Assembly: GCF_001194135.2 (NCBI RefSeq)
Contig: NC_068985.1
Span: forward strand, 122,253,052 to 122,317,051
Source of the DNA: Octopus bimaculoides
Taxonomy: Eukaryota
Direction: 5' to 3'
DNA length: 64,000 bases
The position numbers and the translations under genes are program-made. Under the pieces are notes generated by a model. It saw nothing but the letters and a program-made list of their open reading frames with translations, was not told the DNA's origin and searched no databases. Below, one piece after another: positions 1-12,490 of this stretch (within the stretch, counting starts at the first letter, position 1; each line of letters starts with the position of its first letter).

Positions 1-861
1 TTAGTTCCAAAAATTACACACATATATGTGCATATATATAAATATATATTGGTATTTCTTTATTTCATCAATTACACATGTTTCTGTGTTCAATAATCAA
101 TGATGGCAAAATATAGATGTGATTTACAAAGAGTATTTCATCATGACCCTGTTTAATGATATGCTTGGTATGATTAAATGCTCTTTGCAAATTGCATTTA
201 TAATTTACCATTAATTATTGAACACTGAATCATGTGTAATAGATAAAATGAAGAAATACCAAATTCACACTTCATGTTTTTCTATCTTAATACATATGCT
301 CTTTGTATAGGGCTATACTAATCACAGGATCCAAGAGGATTCATCCTCTTGGATCATACGGCAGAGTGAGTGTAACTTGAATACTATTATGAGTTGCAAC
401 CAATATGGTGATTTTGTTGTGCACTTAGCATATCCATTTCCACTTACACACACACACAAACACACACACACACACATACTTACACACACATATGCATTCA
501 TACATACATATAAATATATTATATATAGACATACATACAGACAGACAGATAGATAGATAGACAGATATACATACATACATACATACATACATACACATAC
601 ATACACAAATACATGCATACGTACAGGGCATCTGGCCATAAAACAGTCCTTCGGTATATATTTGTCTAACCCATGCTAGCATGAAAAATAGGCATAAAGC
701 AAACAAATGAATGAGTAAACACATTTATAAATGTACACCCTTGGTATATTATTATGGAAAATAACATCATTTGCTTGCTTTTCAGTAACCAGACATATCC
801 ATAAATGGGTAGTCAGTTCTATTGATAATGAAGGTTTATATCATAGTACTGTATAAGGGCT

Positions 862-1060
862 GTGAGCTAGCAGAATTGTTAGCATGCAGGGCAAAATACT
901 TAGTGGCGTTTTATCTGTCTTCAAATTCTGTCCTGGTCAACTTTACCTTTCATCCCTTTTGGAGTTGATAAAATGAGTACCAGTTGACTGGGGGGTCGAT
1001 GTAATCAACTCATACCCTCCCCCAAATTTGCTTGTCTTGTGCCAAAATATAAAGTTCTGT
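862..1060 (+). mobile_element. tRNA-derived SINE, family B (GAGCTGGCAGAATCGTTAGC head)
   Basis: Related copies near 4985-5110, 11865-12000, 41040-41160(-), 42345-42560(-), 42600-42775(-) and 47540-47700(-). Confidence 0.75.
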
Positions 1061-2395
1061 GGGAAATTCCTAAAATTGATGCCCATCTTCTGTTCTGGCT
1101 TAAACAATTTCACCCTACTAGTTCTGCTTTACTTGACCAATTTTGAACCATATTCAATAAACAACAAAACCCATATCTAATAAACAATAAAAGAATTAGA
1201 TATTCCATGTTGTTGTTGTCATCATTGTTGCCATCACCATCACCATCATAATTGTCATTGCAGTTGCCATTACCAACAATGCTGCTGCCCTCATGGCCAT
1301 TATTTTTACACCCCCATCCCACACAAATCAATCCTGATCAAACAGGCCTACAATGAAAAGCATTCTGGCTGTGATGACCCTAATATTTTAGGGGTGTGTC
1401 AAAAAGTACACAATCCATATATTTCTATTAAATTATTTCTATTAAATTAGACTTTTATTATCAAATTTCAGGAGATTTTCATGCTTGCTTTAAGAAAATT
1501 CTGTTCCATACATTTTACTATTAAGAGGATAGCAAAGAAAAATTGAAAGTTATGGTTTAAATTTAATTATTGAAATCAAAGCTAAAATATCAATTTTAGG
1601 TGTTTGCTACAAAAACTTTTACATAGTTATTACTGTGATTTGTCTTGGAATTGCTACAGATCAATTAAAGTCCTGCTCTTCCTATAAAACTTAGAAATTC
1701 CTGACATGTTTCAAATTCATTTTGTTAAAACTTAGTTTTAAATTCCTTGCTTGATTAACATTCATTGTACCATGCTGCCTATGTAAGAATAATATTGGGT
1801 CTGTCTGACTCTTTCCAATTTCTGATACTTTCTCTCTCTCTCTCTCTACTCAAACTTTCACTGTACCATACTGCCTATGTTATGAAGATTGCACTGGAGG
1901 TACCCAGTTTCAATCCTCTCTACTAACATCCCTATCACTCTGTCTTTGGAACTCATCACAAGGTATATGTTTGAGGAATTGCATTGAATCTATTTTTGTT
2001 TGCTATATCCTACCATCGATCTTTCTGTGCTCCCTATCAATACCTTGGGCCACTCCTTATTGACATTGCCTATTACTGTTTCCTTCCCTCTCTCCCCCTC
2101 CCTTCTTCCCTCCCTCTCTCTCTTTCTTGCCCCTCTCGCCACCTCAACCCCTCGATCCCACCCCTCACACTCGCCCTCTCACCCCTCATTCTCTTCTCTC
2201 TTTTCTCTCCCCAGCAAACTTGTAACTGCATCACTGGTCCTCTTCTATTACTCTCCTTCTACCACTCTCATACCAATCATTCTGTTTCTTCCATCATACT
2301 CTTTACTCCATTCATCTTTAATTTTCATTTGTTGTTGCTGTCTCCTCCATTCACCTTTTTGCATCACTCTCACAAGTACTGGTGCTACAATAAAA

Positions 2396-3350
2396 TACTG
2401 TAATATCTCATTTTATGAGGACCCACTTTACGAGACCCCAAGTTTATGAGTTTTATTTTTTGAGCACAAGGTTCAAATTTTGAACAAAGTGCAAAAATTC
2501 CTACTACCTTCACAAATGCTTCTGCATATTACTGAGAAATTTATAGAGAGTGAAAAAATATTCCTTCTAAGCAAACAACTCTAGACCTGTTTTTTAAAAA
2601 TAAATCTACACGTAGGAGTGGCTGTGTGGTAAGTAGCTTGCTTACCAACCACATGGTTCCGGGTTCAGTTCCACTGCATGGTACCTTGGGCAAGTGTCTT
2701 CTACTATAGCCTCGGGCCAACCAAAGCCTTGTGAGTGGATTTGGTAGATAGAAACTGAAAGAAGCCCGTCGTATATATGTATATGTATATATATGTGTGT
2801 GTATGTTTGCATGTCTGTGTTTGTCCCCCCAACATCGCTTGACAACCGATGCTGGTGTGTTTACGTCCCCGTAACTTAGCGGTTCGGCAAAAAGAGACCA
2901 ATAGAATAAGTACTAGGCTTACAAAGAATAAGTCCTGGGGTCGATTTGCTCGACTTACGGTGGTGCTCCAGCATGGCCGCAGTCAAATGACTGAAACAAG
3001 TAAAAGAGTAAAAAGAGTAAGTCCATCTACCAGTGCTTGTGAATCAGTGATCACATCTACAAGTGAGTCTAATGCGAGTGAAGAAAACGATTATAATAAT
3101 AATTTCTTTTATTTTAAATGATTTTGACATTCTTTTTACTGTACATAAAATATTCTTTACATTCTACTGTTGTTTTATTGCCATTTATTTATGAGTATTA
3201 TAAATTTTATAGGTGAAATATTTTTTCTGGGAATGAATTATGATTTATAACATTGCTACTATGGGAAATTATTGCTCTGCTTCACAAGCTTTTACTTTGC
3301 AAGCAGTCTCTGGGAACAAATTAACTCATATATCAAGGCATTACTGTATG
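2396..3350. mobile_element. Degenerate Tigger/pogo-like DNA transposon relic interrupted by a SINE
   Basis: Ends TACTGTAATATCTC and GGCATTACTGTA resemble decayed CAGTA-type TIRs. SINE A sits inside at 2612-3020. Confidence 0.4.
2612..3020 (+). mobile_element. Full-length tRNA-derived SINE, family A
   Basis: A-box TGGCTGTGTGG, B-box GGTTCAGTTCC, central TG microsatellite, tail GGTGCTCCAGCATGGCCGCAGTC...GAAACAAGTAAAAGA. Shorter copies near 4270, 18465, 27515, 28850, 31175, 33280, 35680, 37680, 44450 and 62740. Confidence 0.85.
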
Positions 3351-5749
3351 CTTAATACATTCTATAAAGTACTTGGCAAATGAATGGAGTTGAAAGAAGC
3401 CTTTAGTGTTGCCGAAGAAATGATGACTTGTCTTGTGTTGGTATCACAATGAAATTCCCCCAAAGTATTCTGTAAAAAGGTTGGTGTTTAGAAGGGCATC
3501 CAGTCATAGAAACCATGCCAAAAATAGAATGTATGAATGAGATGTGGCCCTCTGACATGTCTTGGAAGTCAACAACTCTAAATAAGAACTGACTCATCCA
3601 ATGCACAGCCATGATAAGTGGATGGAAAATGGTATTGATGATGATGATGATGATGATGACAATGGTGATGGTGAACGGTACTGAAGCAATAGTTTGAACA
3701 TTGCAAAAACAAAAAGCAAAGGATAAATAGGCTATCACACACACACACACACACACATACACACACACACACACACAGAGCATGTGTGTGTGTGAGAGAG
3801 AGAGGGGGAGAAGAGGGAGAAAGAGAGAGAGAGTGAGAAAGACAAAAAGAGTGAGAAAGAGAGAGAGAGAGAGAGAGAGAGCAGCCATCCAGCATAACTG
3901 AAATAAAAATAAAATTTGAGATTTGTTAGTTTTCAGTAAGAGGAAGAAATATTTGACACGATGGTCAGAGACCAGCACTTACTTTGAAAATATTTGAATG
4001 GAATACCATTCTCCTATTATATTTGTAATTTTGTTATTTTATTTCATGTCTATTTTAAACAACTGAGAGCTGAGGATAGCTATGTTAACTGCAAGCCAGA
4101 GTCCATAGTTCATATTGTAAGAAAGGCAGCATGTTTTATTATCTTTGACCTTTTTTTTTTTTTTTTTGAATATTCTATAATATTGAATACTATGTTGATT
4201 ATCTGACAAAAGATATTAATTTTAGACTGTGTGAGAGGTTTATAGCAACTCAATTTTTTATCTTTTCTTTTACTTGTTTCAGCCATTAGATTGCAATCAT
4301 GCTGGGGTACAGCCTTGAAGAATTTTTAGTCAAATGAATTGACCCCAGTATTCATTTTTTTTTTAAGCCTTATATTCATTCTATTGGTCTCTTTTTGCCA
4401 AACAGCTAAGTTATGGGGACATGAACACACCAACACCGGTTGTCAAGCAGTGATGAGGGACACACACACATACAATGGGCTTCTTTCAGTTTCTTATTTT
4501 TTTATTGCCCACAAGGGGCTAAACATAGAGGGGACAAACAAGGACAGACAGAGGGATTTTTAGTTTTAAACGTGTCTAGCACTACAGAGAGAAAAAAAAA
4601 ATTAAATTTTAAGTTTCCCAACTATTTTGTCTTCTCATTAATAAAAGAGAAAAGGGAACATTCCCAAATATTTTTTGGTATTTGTCAGGTTGTCAGGTTA
4701 AATAGCACTGCATTATTCTGAAATACCCCTTTATTTTGATGGAAACAAAAGTCACATCATCTGATAGCATTAAATTTGTTTATCAAGGTTTTAAAATATC
4801 AATAAAGAACTTGAATACCATAACTTCTTGATTTATAGTTGTAAATAACTTCCTTATTGCTGTTAATCAACACTTCTAAAACTTATCAACAATTTTTGAT
4901 TTATTTTACTAAATATAGGATGACAATTTAAAGTTACAGAGTGGCCTACCTCTGACTGAACTGATTGTTCAATGCTTTTGATGACATATTGGCTGATACA
5001 TTAGAGCACAGAGCAAAATACCTTGTAGTATTTGTTCTGGCTCTTGTGCTCTGGGTTCAAATTTTGTCAAAGTTAACTTTGCCTTTTCGTCTATTTAAGA
5101 GTCAATAAAATACCAGTAAAGAACATTGGATTGACAGAAGTGTTATAATATTAGACTAGACACCTCATAAAATTTGTTCTGGGTCTTTACGGTCAGAGTT
5201 CTGAGTTAGCAGACTTTATCTGTTGTCCAGATTAACACCACCACCTGACATCTTGTGTGCATTTAGCAGAGCCCACTCTGTTGCAGGAATTCAGGTCACA
5301 TCTCTGGTTTGATGGAAATATTCTCCTTTTCTACTACCAGTTTCAGAGGCCCTAAAAAATAAAGTCATGGGTAGTACCTTTCTCTTCTTGTCTAAGCAGA
5401 AAATAATTAAAAAAAAAAGAAAACAAAGTAATATCTGATATTTATTAATCCACTTAAAGTATATCATATATGTACATATATACAATATAATGTTTATAGG
5501 ATGAAAATTAAACAAAGAAAAGTAAAGATGATTTTATTCAACAGGTACAGGTGCAAATTAGTACACTCCTAAAGCGGACCATATTCAATCTTTATCAATC
5601 CACTTAGAAAAATAAAGAACAAAACTATTTTTTTTACAGGTTAACCAACTTCAAAAACTGTTTAAGGAATAATAGTAATAATGGTCGTTATTCAATACAC
5701 ATGTTTGAACCTAGAAAAGAACAGCGAGGAGGACTATCTCAGATAATGT

Positions 5750-5912
5750 CTCAAAATTAGATCTTTTGGAGGCATATCGACAAATCCAAGTAGAAGAATG
5801 CTCACATTTATTAACCATCAATACACACTGTGGCTTATTTAAATTTAGGTAGCTTCTTTTCAGTGTAAAAGTGGCTCCTTCCATATTTCAGCAAATAATG
5901 GATACAATGCCT
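5750..5912 (+). mobile_element. Ty3/Gypsy reverse transcriptase fragment (pseudogenised)
   Basis: SKLDLLEAYRQIQVEE-CSHLLTINTHCGLFKFR*LLFSVKVAPSIFQQIMDTM. Confidence 0.8.
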
Positions 5913-5959
5913 GAAGCACTATTTTGATTGACTATCATTTCCATAGTAGTGCAATCTTC

Positions 5960-6175
5960 TAGACAACATAAATATTGATGTTGTTATGAAAATGGTTGGT
6001 AAACTTTTCTATTCCTTCTTCAAGAGTCTTAGTACACCAATGATTATAGTATTATTTTGGTTTCATATTCTACTTTCTCCTGATATTAATTTCCAGATCT
6101 TTGTACTTGGTTAATTTCTCTGTGACTCTCATGAAGACGTTTCTTTCAGAAGGTATCTCAATGTCAAAATGCAGA
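5960..6175 (-). mobile_element. Restriction-like endonuclease fragment of an R4/NeSL-type non-LTR retrotransposon
   Basis: DIEIPSERNVFMRVTEKLTKYKDLEINIRRK*, matching the RLE D..P...EK..KY..L motif. Confidence 0.65.
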
Positions 6176-7096
6176 CACCCCCCATCCCTGAGTAAGGTCG
6201 AATTTCTTCAGGTCAAGTAGCTCGTCCCATTCAAAGGGTCCCTGAATAAAGGTCATTTAAGGATAATGAGTGAAACATCCATATTTCTAGAAGTGAATTA
6301 TTCAAACCCCAAGAGTTCCTCTCTGCACATGACTATGAAGTTCCTTCTCTACTCCTGCTCATGATCAGGGATGCACATATCATCAGCCACTAAGGGACAT
6401 ACTCAACCGGTTAAGGTCAATCAACTGAGAAGCAAATCTGTTGTTATCAAGCAGAATATTTGCTGAAACCCATCTTTTACACTGTTAACATGTGCTGTTG
6501 TTGTTATTTTAAAGTCGTTAAGTTCTGTAAAAAAATTTTATTTATTTACTTTTGTTTTAAAGTGAAAGAGAGCAGAAAGTGAAAGATGTATGTGTATATG
6601 AAATGGACGTATGTGTGAAAGTGAGAGAGAGGGGAAGAGAGAGAGAGAGAGAGAGTAAAAAAGAGAGAGGGAAAGAGTGAGTGAAGGGGGTGTACGTACA
6701 TACATCAATACATATGCATGCATCTTTTTTTGTATGTACATGTGTATGTGTGTGTGTGATAGAGAGAGAGAGGGGATGAGTGAGTGAATGTATGTGTTCT
6801 CATGCATGTGTAAGTGGCACTCTCTCTCTCTCTCTCTTTCACACACCACACACGCACACATCCATTTCATATACACGTTCATACATCTTTCACTTTCTCC
6901 TCTCTTTAACTTTAAAACATACCCTATATGTATGTATGTATGTATGTATTTATCTTAATAATACTAAAACTATAATGATGTTTGTGTATACCCAAAATAT
7001 CTTAGAAATAGTATATTTTATCTTAGTTCTCTTTGCATATTTATTTTCATATCTACCTTTGGCAGTGCAGTACAAATTTTTGTGACATTTGTGTAT

Positions 7097-7157
<61 letters not shown>

Positions 7158-7182
7158 CTTCTTTTTCATACACACACGTAAA

Positions 7183-7558
7183 NNNNNNNNNNNNNNNNNN
7201 NNNNNNNNNNNNNNNNNNNNNNNNNNNNNNNNNNNNNNNNNNNNNNNNNNNNNNNNNNNNNNNNNNNNNNNNNNNNNNNNNNNNNNNNNNNNNNNNNNNN
7301 NNNNNNNNNNNNNNNNNNNNNNNNNNNNNNNNNNNNNNNNNNNNNNNNNNNNNNNNNNNNNNNNNNNNNNNNNNNNNNNNNNNNNNNNNNNNNNNNNNNN
7401 NNNNNNNNNNNNNNNNNNNNNNNNNNNNNNNNNNNNNNNNNNNNNNNNNNNNNNNNNNNNNNNNNNNNNNNNNNNNNNNNNNNNNNNNNNNNNNNNNNNN
7501 NNNNNNNNNNNNNNNNNNNNNNNNNNNNNNNNNNNNNNNNNNNNNNNNNNNNNNNNNN
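7183..7558. other. Assembly gap (N run)
   Basis: 376 Ns. Confidence 1.
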
Positions 7559-8284
7559 GGTGGTGGTGGCGGTGGCGATAGTGGTGTGTGTGTGTGTGTG
7601 AAAAGAGGGTGAATAGAAGGCTATGCTGACAGTCTTATTCTTAACAAATTATTCTTTTTGCAAAGTGCAAAAAATTCCTGGGAATGGTATTTGACTGCAG
7701 TTTCAGAAGCATTAAATGATTGAGAGAGAAACTTTCTCAACTGGTTTGGAAATAGGACACTATTCTATCACAGCTATATGCTTCAGAATTATTTCATTTT
7801 ATCTACTCTTTGAAATAGTAATTTTTGTTTATAGTCAATAACTTATTGAGGCTCCACAAGTGTATGTTTTTTTTTACCTACTGATATGGAGGAATGGTCA
7901 ATGCTCATGACCTTTGCAGTACCTTTGAAGACTGTGAATTTGATGTTGTTAATGTACTGTTTAAACAGTTACAAGTCAATACTTGCACGAAAGACATGAA
8001 CCAGGAGAAGATTTGAGAGTGCCAAAGTTCTAGTTTTCTGGTGTCCTGGATTGAAGAACTGGGCATAGTAGTTTATAGAACGGCTAGGGTCAGAGTAGAT
8101 GCATCAAGGGTAATTAGAGATGATGAGAGAAGTGGGAGGAGGAACATAGTCAAAGACTTATTGAGTGTGGAGGCTCCGCCAGGATATTTGTTTTTATGTG
8201 CTGATCAGGAGGAATGGTCACTGCAAGGCCTTAGAGAACAGAGAGCTTGATGTTGTTAATATGCTGTTTAAACAGATGCTGAGT

Positions 8285-8597
8285 GAAGGCACATGGCTCA
8301 GTGGTTAGAGTATCAGGCTCACAATCATGAGGTAGGGAGTTCAATTCTCAGATCAGGCTGTGTGTTGTGTTCATGAGGAATACACTTTATTTTACATTGC
8401 TCCAATTCACTGAGCTGTAGAACTGAGTTGCGATGTCATTGGTGCCAAGCTGTATCAGCCTTTGCCTTTCTCTTTGATAACATCAGTGGTGTGTAGAGGG
8501 GAGGCTGGTATGTATGGGTGACTACTGGTCTTCCATAAACAACCTTGCCTGAACTTGTACTTTCTCGGTGCAATCCCATGACCAAAGAGAGTCTTTC
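8285..8597 (+). mobile_element. tRNA-derived SINE, family E
   Basis: Head GGCACATGGCTCAGTGGTTAGAG...GAGTTCAATTC, then a CORE-like ACACTTTATTTTACATTGCTCC segment. Confidence 0.75.
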
Positions 8598-9839
8598 CTC
8601 TTTCCAAACAGTTGCAGATCAATATTTGCAGGAAAGACATGAGCCAGGAGAAGATTACCACAATCCAATGTTCTGCTGTTCTGAAGTTGAAGAACTGAGC
8701 ATAGTGGGGTGGATACATCAAGGGTGATGAGTGATGTTGAGACAAGTTGGTCAAAGTGACTGAATGGAGGAGGTACAAGATGAACCTTTTCTAAGGAACA
8801 GCAGTTGTTATGGTTGTGACAAAAAAGACAGAGAGAGGAAACAGTATATCTGTGGTCCAGAGGCTGGAATATGTCTGTTGGTAATTGGATGTAGTCTAAG
8901 ATGACTGTGTGTGTATATGTAGCATCATAACCCTCACTTAAGCCTTGTGGAGTGCCAACAGCAATTGGTGGTTGAAATATTTTCTGGTCCTAAGTTGAAG
9001 AGATAGTCTTTGGAATATGGCTCTGTCTATGTTAAGAATATGATTTTGCTAGAAGAGATCCAATATTTGGAGTAACCATGCTCATATTTAGTTGGTGGGG
9101 TGATATGAGTAAATCTTGAGTTCTTTTATTTTTTCTTTCTATATAGTGGATCAAGAGGAGAATGATTTCCTTTTGATACACTTCATTGAAATAAATCTTT
9201 AACAATGGATTACAAAGCACCTTCTATCACACATAACTCATAGGAAAATCTGGTGCCTATTCTCTTCAGTTGGCTAAACTAATCCTTATCTTTATAAAAT
9301 CTGTAACCCAAAGAGGCCATAAATATACAGTGATAGATGCAACTTCCTTTTGCCTCTCTTTTCTGGTTATTAGCCTACTTGACCCCCTCCCCCGCTACCA
9401 CTTTTGATCCATTATGTATTTTAAGTTTAGATTCATCTTCAAATAGTATTTCAATATGCAGATAACCTATGGTATTTGTCTCCACTCCATGTATAGTTAG
9501 TTGTTGGCTTCCCTTTGGGAGACACTTCCTCATTTGACAGGTTTTTAAAAAAATATTTTAAATTTTGTTGGACTCTCAACCTGTCACCAGTAAATGGTTT
9601 GGGGCTGGTTTGAATTAAATACCTGCAGCAAATATGAAATAATGACCTGACAACAAAAGAAAATTTACTGAACAGATAAAATCTCAAAGGCCATTCAATT
9701 CAGTTGGAGGTAACTTACAGAGCCACAGTTAACTGAGTCAGTAGGAGGACAATCTGTAGTATGAGGTTAACAGTATATACCTTCTAATACATTCTGCCTT
9801 ATCCTAAGCAAAAAATATTAATTATCTGTTCCACTCTGC

Positions 9840-10560
9840 CTTGCTGTATATAGGTACTATATGTAGCTGAACATTTATGTACATTGATACTGTATACAAA
9901 TGTACGTAGCTTCACATAAGTACTGTATATGGCTCAGCATAGCTGTATATATGTACAGAATATAACTGTACTTAGCTGTATATAGGTAATATGTACAGCT
10001 CTATGTAGCTAAATAGTGGTACTATATGCAGTTGTACATAGCTTTATATAGGTATTGTATATAACTGTACATGGCTGTATATAGATACTATATACATTTC
10101 AGCTATATGCAGCTGTACATAGTTTTATATAGGTATTGTATATAATTGTACATGGCTGTATATAGATATTATATACATTTCAACTTAGCTATGTGACAAT
10201 AACAACATATAGCTGTATACATCTGTACATAGGTGCTATTTACAGCTATATTTAACTGTATAGACATAATATATACTGCTATACATGGTTGTACTTAAGA
10301 ACTATATGAAAGTATACATAGCTGTATATAGATACTATATATAGTTATACAAAACTGTACATAGCTGTATATAAATACTATATACAGTTGAACTTATCTG
10401 TGCATATGTACCACATAAGGCTTGAACATAGTCATATATTGATAATATGTGCAGATGTACATAGCTATATATAAGTACTTTATACAACTGTGCATAGGCA
10501 TATAAGTACTGCATATAGCTCTACCTACTTTATATAGATAATGTTACATGATGTGATCTC
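9840..10560. repeat. Degenerate AGCT/GTAC/TATA minisatellite
   Basis: Recurring AGCTGTATATAGGTACTATAT-like units. An 81-bp tandem duplication at 10021-10100 and 10101-10181. Confidence 0.85.
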
Positions 10561-10679
10561 TGATGCTGTACATTGTTTTTTCTACCATTCCACTTCTTTT
10601 AGTCGTCAGATCAAGTAATTTTTCAAATGTCTTGACTGTAGTGTGACATTTATAGCTTTCTTAAAGGCAGTAGTTATAT

Positions 10680-10862
10680 ATATTACAATGACAAAATAAT
10701 GATAATGATGGTGGGTGGTGGTGGTGGTGGTGGTGGTGGTGGTGGTGATGGTTATGATAGTGTTGTTTGTGATGGTGGTGCTGCTGATGGTAATGATGGT
10801 GATGGTAATGATGGTGGCAATGGTAATGATGACGATGGTGGTGGTGGTGGTGGTGGTGGCAG
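10680..10862. repeat. Compound (GGT)n/(GAT)n trinucleotide tract
   Basis: Source of the poly-Gly, poly-His and poly-Val pseudo-ORFs. Confidence 0.95.
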
Positions 10863-12249
10863 TGAACAGTTTGTTGTTGAACTCTGATCAAAAAGAGCTA
10901 TCATCTTAGGCAATCCAGCTATGATGATCTTGTCTTCTTTTCCAGATACAATGTATCTACGATTTCATGATCCAAATTGGCCTTTCTTATTTAAGATGTT
11001 AGAGTGTGATTTTTGAGGGTATTTGGATGATATTTCTAACAAGTTGAGCAATTATGAGGAGGTTCCATTGTAACTAGAGAAACATTATTTTTATTGCTTA
11101 GTCAGAAGAGAAGAGAATGATTCTTTTACAGGGTCTCTGACACTGGTGAGCAGGATGGAGAAAGATATTCTCAAATCAAAGGTAAGACTTGGCTCAAATG
11201 CTTGCAACAGAATATTCAAGAACCTGGTGACGTTAGATTAGCTGATAGATTAAGTCAACCGTACAAGTATCTCACAGTAGAATTCGAACTCAGAATCCAA
11301 AGATCTGGAGCAAATACCACAAGGCATTCTGTTTGATGGTGTAATGATCTTGGCAGCCTACCATTATACAATTTATGCTTTAATTTTATCAATGTTGCTT
11401 CTGATAACACCCTATGGCAGAGATATGGAGGGCTCTACACTCACAACACTCCAAGGAGTAGTGGGCAGAGAAGATCGATGGATGGATGGATGGATGGGTG
11501 GATTTTATCAATCTTTTCCTCAGAAGGATGACATGTATCTTGGTGAAGCTAGAAAAAAAAAAAGCACAAGGTATTTTATCTGAAGTTGGTGGAAATATTA
11601 AAAGTCTTAATTTCTAAGTTCAAATTTGACTGGGGACAACTTAGTCTTTTCAATAACAAACTTGATCTCAGTAGCACTCATTTACTAAAACCTTATCTTT
11701 TCAGCAGTTCCTATTCCATCACTTGTTAGAGAATGACAGAGAATTGTTTTAGTCCTAGGTTAGACCTGATAATAGATTATAGATGTCAGATTCATGATCA
11801 TAGACATTCCAGCCATGACTTTACCTTTTTCATTTTTTCATTTTTTCTTTTTTTTGTATGGCAATTGAATTAGCAGAATTGTTAGAGTATGAGATAAAAA
11901 GCCTTGCAGTTTTTATGCCAGCACTCACTGTACTCTGGTTCAAATCCTGCTTTGACTTTCAGCTTTTCAGAGGTTGATAAAATACAATACCAATTCAGGG
12001 CTTGATTGCTGCGACTATTAGAATATCAGATGAGGTTCAATGCAGTACTTGTCTCAGCTATTTGTGCTCTGAGTCCTTGGATTGTAGACTTAACCCACTG
12101 TTTGTTTAACACCATTATCTTGTCCTTGGGTGTTATAAGCATTTGGGGTTAGGATTCTGGTTTGAGAATAACTCCTGTTTTTTCCTCCCACCAATCTTAA
12201 AAATCCTGAAAAATAAAGGGTCAGGGACAACCTTTCCCTCCCTGACTAA

Positions 12250-12490
12250 TGGTGGAGGCACATGGTTTAGTGGTATGGGCATTGGACTTATGATCGTAAG
12301 AGTGTGGTTTTGATTCCTGGACTGAGTAATGTGTTGTCTTCTTGAGCAAAACACTTCATTTCACATTGCTCCAATCCACTCAGTCGGCAAAAATGAGTAA
12401 TCCTGTGATGGACCAGCGTCCCATCCAGGTTGAGAATTTATATGCCATAGAAACCAGAAAACTGGCCCTTATGAGTTGGCATGACTCGAG
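12250..12490 (+). mobile_element. tRNA-derived SINE, family D (V-SINE-like central domain)
   Basis: tRNA-like head, then GAGCAAAACACTTCATTTCACATTGCTCC and CCTGTGATGGACCAGCGTCCCATCCAGG. Confidence 0.6.

Noticed and set aside
322-724. 105-aa and 99-aa ORFs rich in V/C/Y/M
   Set aside because: They are translations of CA, TACA and GATA microsatellites. The same applies to the similar ORFs at 3403, 6538, 13258, 17549-18098, 19046-19496, 53484, 54371 and 57666-58822.
2612-2680. tRNA-like A/B boxes here and in other SINE heads
   Set aside because: They continue into SINE bodies and do not form full cloverleaves, so they are not tRNA genes.
5294-5352. Minus-strand acceptor followed by GPLKLVVEKENISIKPEM*
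   Set aside because: No recognisable homology and no partner exons. Such acceptors arise often in AT-rich DNA.
5640-5672. Plus-strand acceptor followed by VNQLQKLFKE*
   Set aside because: It could follow the 311-365 candidate in phase, but it is too short to support and abuts Gypsy debris.
7033-7612. ORFs of 176-215 aa spanning N runs (also 19627-19921 and 56307-56954)
   Set aside because: Artefacts of translating assembly gaps.
8700-9800. Possible degraded retroelement coding sequence
   Set aside because: Many stops, and no motif I could assign with confidence.
10661-10909. Poly-His, poly-Gly and poly-Val ORFs
   Set aside because: Trinucleotide repeat with no splice context or flanking coding signal.
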